DNA from: Bythopirellula sp.
Lineage (GTDB): Bacteria > Planctomycetota > Planctomycetia > Pirellulales > Lacipirellulaceae
NCBI GenBank assembly: GCA_965216565.1
Contig: OZ244170.1
Location: 896,001-960,000 of the forward strand
Reading direction: 5' to 3'
Length of the DNA stretch: 64,000 nt
The notes under the pieces were generated by a model. The model searched no databases, had not been told where the DNA came from, and saw nothing but the letters and a program-made list of their open reading frames with translations. Of this stretch, positions 61,491 through 64,000 are shown piece after piece. The position numbers were made by a program, and so were the translations under genes. How positions within the stretch are numbered: the stretch's first letter is position 1; each line of letters starts with the position of its first letter.

Positions 61491-63176
61491 TCATTCTAGA
61501 GTGACCGGTCCATCGAGGCCCAAGGCAGCCCCGTAGTCCGCTCTGGCAATGTGATACTCCAAGAGGGCTGCAACTTTCTCAGATGCCGCCTCCGCCGCTT
61601 GCTTCTCTCGGATGTTGAGATTGAATAGCGTGCTTTGCCCTAATTCAAATCGCTGCTGCTCTGCCTCCTGCATTTGCTGGGCAAGCTCGTAGCTTTCCGT
61701 CGCTCGGATCACGCGTTGATGGGCTGCTTCTATCGCCGCACGTGCAATTTGAACTTCGGCTGAGATTTTGTCAGCGGTAAACCGGTTCTTGGCTCGAACC
61801 TGTGCGAGCTTGCCCTGCAGGCTGCGGATCTTTCCATACGCTTTGCGGCGTTCAATAGGGACTGAGACCGTCATCAACGCTTCTAACTCAAACTCCGACT
61901 TATCGCGTTTGGCACTGGTTGGTTCCCCTACGTCTTGTTTGACGAACACCCCGGCATCGACATCGGGTAGCGTCTCATTATTGGCTTGGCGAAGTGCAAC
62001 GCGAAGTTGCTGACTCACGATTTGCAGCTCCGTGAGCTCAGGGCGCCTAGCAAGGGCCAGATTGATATCGTCAGGATCAAGAATCAGGTTCGCTACATCG
62101 TTGCTTTGGAGCGTCTGGGAGTAGAACCCATTGCGGAACGAGTTGGGATCGACGAGCACTGGGTCGCCACCGTAGGTCCGGTAGAACAAGGATAGCTTTA
62201 CGGTAGCCTGTTGCAACTTGCGCTGAGCGTCAATGAGCTTTGCCTCGCGAGAGACAATGATCCGTCGGTTATCGACAAGATCGATTGGGGCTTTCTCTTG
62301 AGCTTCGACTTGAGCTTCCAGTGCTTCGGTGCGCTCTTCAGCCAGCTCGAGCAAATCGATGGCAATCTGCTCGTTCGCCCCAGCGCCTACCCATTGCCAA
62401 TAGGCCACGCTGCCATCGCGAACATATCGGATAACTTGGGCCAGAATCTCAGGCTCGACCCGACTGCGTTCCAGTTGAGCCTGCCACAGTTCTGATCGAT
62501 TGGAGTCTATGTCCCGATCACGAATCACCGGTGCCAAGAAGCCCGCCTTGAACTCGCCCCCTTTATTTGTTTCACGTTCCAGGTACCAGGGCTCGAACAC
62601 TCCCCGTCCGATCCGATAGCCAGCAAAGGTCTGTCCGCCCCAAGTTGTATCTCGCTTGACTCCGATGCTGTGGCGGTAGTTCTCATAAAAATCGAGTGGC
62701 TGCGATTCCGTAAAGGCTTCCAGCTTATGATCAAATGCACCCGAAGCAGACAGAGCCTGGCCCGAAGCGATCCGGCGTTCGGCGATCGCTTGCATGATCA
62801 GCGGGAAATGATTGCGGACCGATTCGGTGACCGATTGAAGTGAGATGTCTGTTGGGATCGGAGTAGCAACTACTTCCGGCAACGGTTCTAAATCAGCTGG
62901 TAACAGAGAGTCTGCATCGTCCGGCTCTCTGAACTCCGGCATCCCTGAATCTTCAGACTGAAATGCGACCGGCAAGATGGTTGGCGACTGCACGCTTGAA
63001 GTCGGAACGTCCGTTCCCACTGTCTGGGCGGTAGTCGTACTGCTGGGGAAATCAGCTTGCCGCTTCGCGCCTGATCTGCAGCCCACCGCGCATAACGCGA
63101 GCGCAATGGTAATACAGGTCCTAGCACTTATCGATAGCACGAATCCAACCTCTTGATAGCATTCCGGGTCCGCCAA
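61491..63176 (-). CDS. TolC family outer-membrane efflux lipoprotein (start uncertain)
   Basis: lipobox CAVGC; ALARRPEL, RFELG.S.L..LN.RE. Confidence 0.88.
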   Translation of the reverse strand: MADPECYQEVGFVLSISARTCITIALALCAVGCRSGAKRQADFPSSTTTAQTVGTDVPTSSVQSPTILPVAFQSEDSGMPEFREPDDADSLLPADLEPLPEVVATPIPTDISLQSVTESVRNHFPLIMQAIAERRIASGQALSASGAFDHKLEAFTESQPLDFYENYRHSIGVKRDTTWGGQTFAGYRIGRGVFEPWYLERETNKGGEFKAGFLAPVIRDRDIDSNRSELWQAQLERSRVEPEILAQVIRYVRDGSVAYWQWVGAGANEQIAIDLLELAEERTEALEAQVEAQEKAPIDLVDNRRIIVSREAKLIDAQRKLQQATVKLSLFYRTYGGDPVLVDPNSFRNGFYSQTLQSNDVANLILDPDDINLALARRPELTELQIVSQQLRVALRQANNETLPDVDAGVFVKQDVGEPTSAKRDKSEFELEALMTVSVPIERRKAYGKIRSLQGKLAQVRAKNRFTADKISAEVQIARAAIEAAHQRVIRATESYELAQQMQEAEQQRFELGQSTLFNLNIREKQAAEAASEKVAALLEYHIARADYGAALGLDGPVTLE

Positions 63177-63208
63177 CCCAGACGAAAAGACGCAATCGTA
63201 TTTGGTAA

Positions 63209-63235
63209 TTATCGGCCTCAGGCCGCGGAAATTAG
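63209..63235 (-). promoter_or_regulatory. possible sigma28-type promoter before tolC
   Basis: minus strand CTAA-N15-GCCGATAA. Confidence 0.4.
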
Positions 63236-63291
63236 CGGTGGAAACTCATTTTTAAACGTTCCCAGCCAAGAGAATTGGCCCCAAGTGATAG

Positions 63292-63999
63292 CTAGAGCTT
63301 CACTTTGGGTGGCTTAGACGCTTTTTGGTCGTTTTTCGATTTCAGCGACTGTGGGAATCCGTTCATCCGGCGCCACAACTCGTAGCCCAGCGGAACTTGG
63401 TCCAACAGTACCCAGCCATGGACCCGCACCCCTTGGCGTAGATAAGGATACTCGGGCCAAGGGTTGTCATCTTCGTCGGGGACGACCACCACGCGAAACT
63501 TACCAGCTCCGTCGTCCGTCGGATCGACCAATGCAACTGTTCCGCCAAATGTGCCAATCGCCACACTAGGCCAGCCAGAGAATTGGGCTGCAGGCCAACC
63601 TTCAAACTGCAACCGTACGGGACGACCTGGATCGATCAACGGGGCATCGTTGCCGTTCACCCAAATCTGAACAGCAGGTTTGTCTGTCTCTGGAACGATC
63701 GTGAACAAGGGATCGCCTTGTTTAACAATTGCCGATTTGTCGTAGGCGACAAGACGCATGATATAACCGTCACGGGGAGCAACAACTTCTTGAGTCTCCT
63801 GGCGAGCTAGCTGTGTTTCGAGCTTCGCAAGCGAATTCTTCGTTTTGCTGATCTCTTCACGTGTCTTGGTGATCTCGATCTCTGCCTTGGAGACATCGCT
63901 CTTCGACTTCTCAAGCTCGGACAAGACTTTGTTAATTTTCCCTTCCCATTCTTGACGCTTAGCTTCACGGTCCTTTTGCTTCGCCGAGACTTCATTTTC
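63292..63999 (-). CDS. HlyD family membrane-fusion protein (5' part outside window)
   Basis: frame open to the window edge; coiled coil, V.APRDG, VRLQFEGWPA.QFSGWPS.A.GTFGG, LL..V.LGYELWR..NGFP. Confidence 0.9.
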   Translation of the reverse strand, partial: ENEVSAKQKDREAKRQEWEGKINKVLSELEKSKSDVSKAEIEITKTREEISKTKNSLAKLETQLARQETQEVVAPRDGYIMRLVAYDKSAIVKQGDPLFTIVPETDKPAVQIWVNGNDAPLIDPGRPVRLQFEGWPAAQFSGWPSVAIGTFGGTVALVDPTDDGAGKFRVVVVPDEDDNPWPEYPYLRQGVRVHGWVLLDQVPLGYELWRRMNGFPQSLKSKNDQKASKPPKVKL

Positions 64000-64000
64000 C

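Overview
A mostly housekeeping chromosomal segment from a Planctomycetota bacterium. The taxonomy is inferred from an LExRxLL-type export motif, PEP-CTERM proteins and typical intergenic palindromes; Pirellulales/Lacipirellulaceae is plausible but unverified. About 45 CDSs are supported: glgB (5' cut by the window), a SurA/PpiD-like protein, topA, acpS, trpS, pyrD, IHF/HU, a molybdopterin cluster (FAD/Fe-S oxidoreductase-moaD-moaE-moaA-cysteine desulfurase), folE, nth, dcd, an AAA ATPase, purU, a PEP-CTERM cyclophilin, a 1.9-kaa inverse-autotransporter-like surface protein, rlmKL, nadE, cinA, two trans-sulfuration enzymes, aat, htrA, dnaG-rpoD, greA, galM, an RTX-repeat protein, and TolC/HlyD (cut by the window). 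I saw no tRNA, rRNA, CRISPR, transposase or prophage. The most notable signals are: (1) a sigma70 promoter, a compact SAM-II-like pseudoknot and an intrinsic terminator directly upstream of the metB/metC-like genes; (2) a surface protein in which most prolines sit in D-P-N motifs, encoded next to a surface-anchored, divergent cyclophilin; (3) a terminator inside the greA leader; (4) many REP/REPIN-like palindrome families, several nested inside each other; (5) a low-GC patch inside a conserved membrane-protein gene. All calls come from manual reading and no database searches were run.
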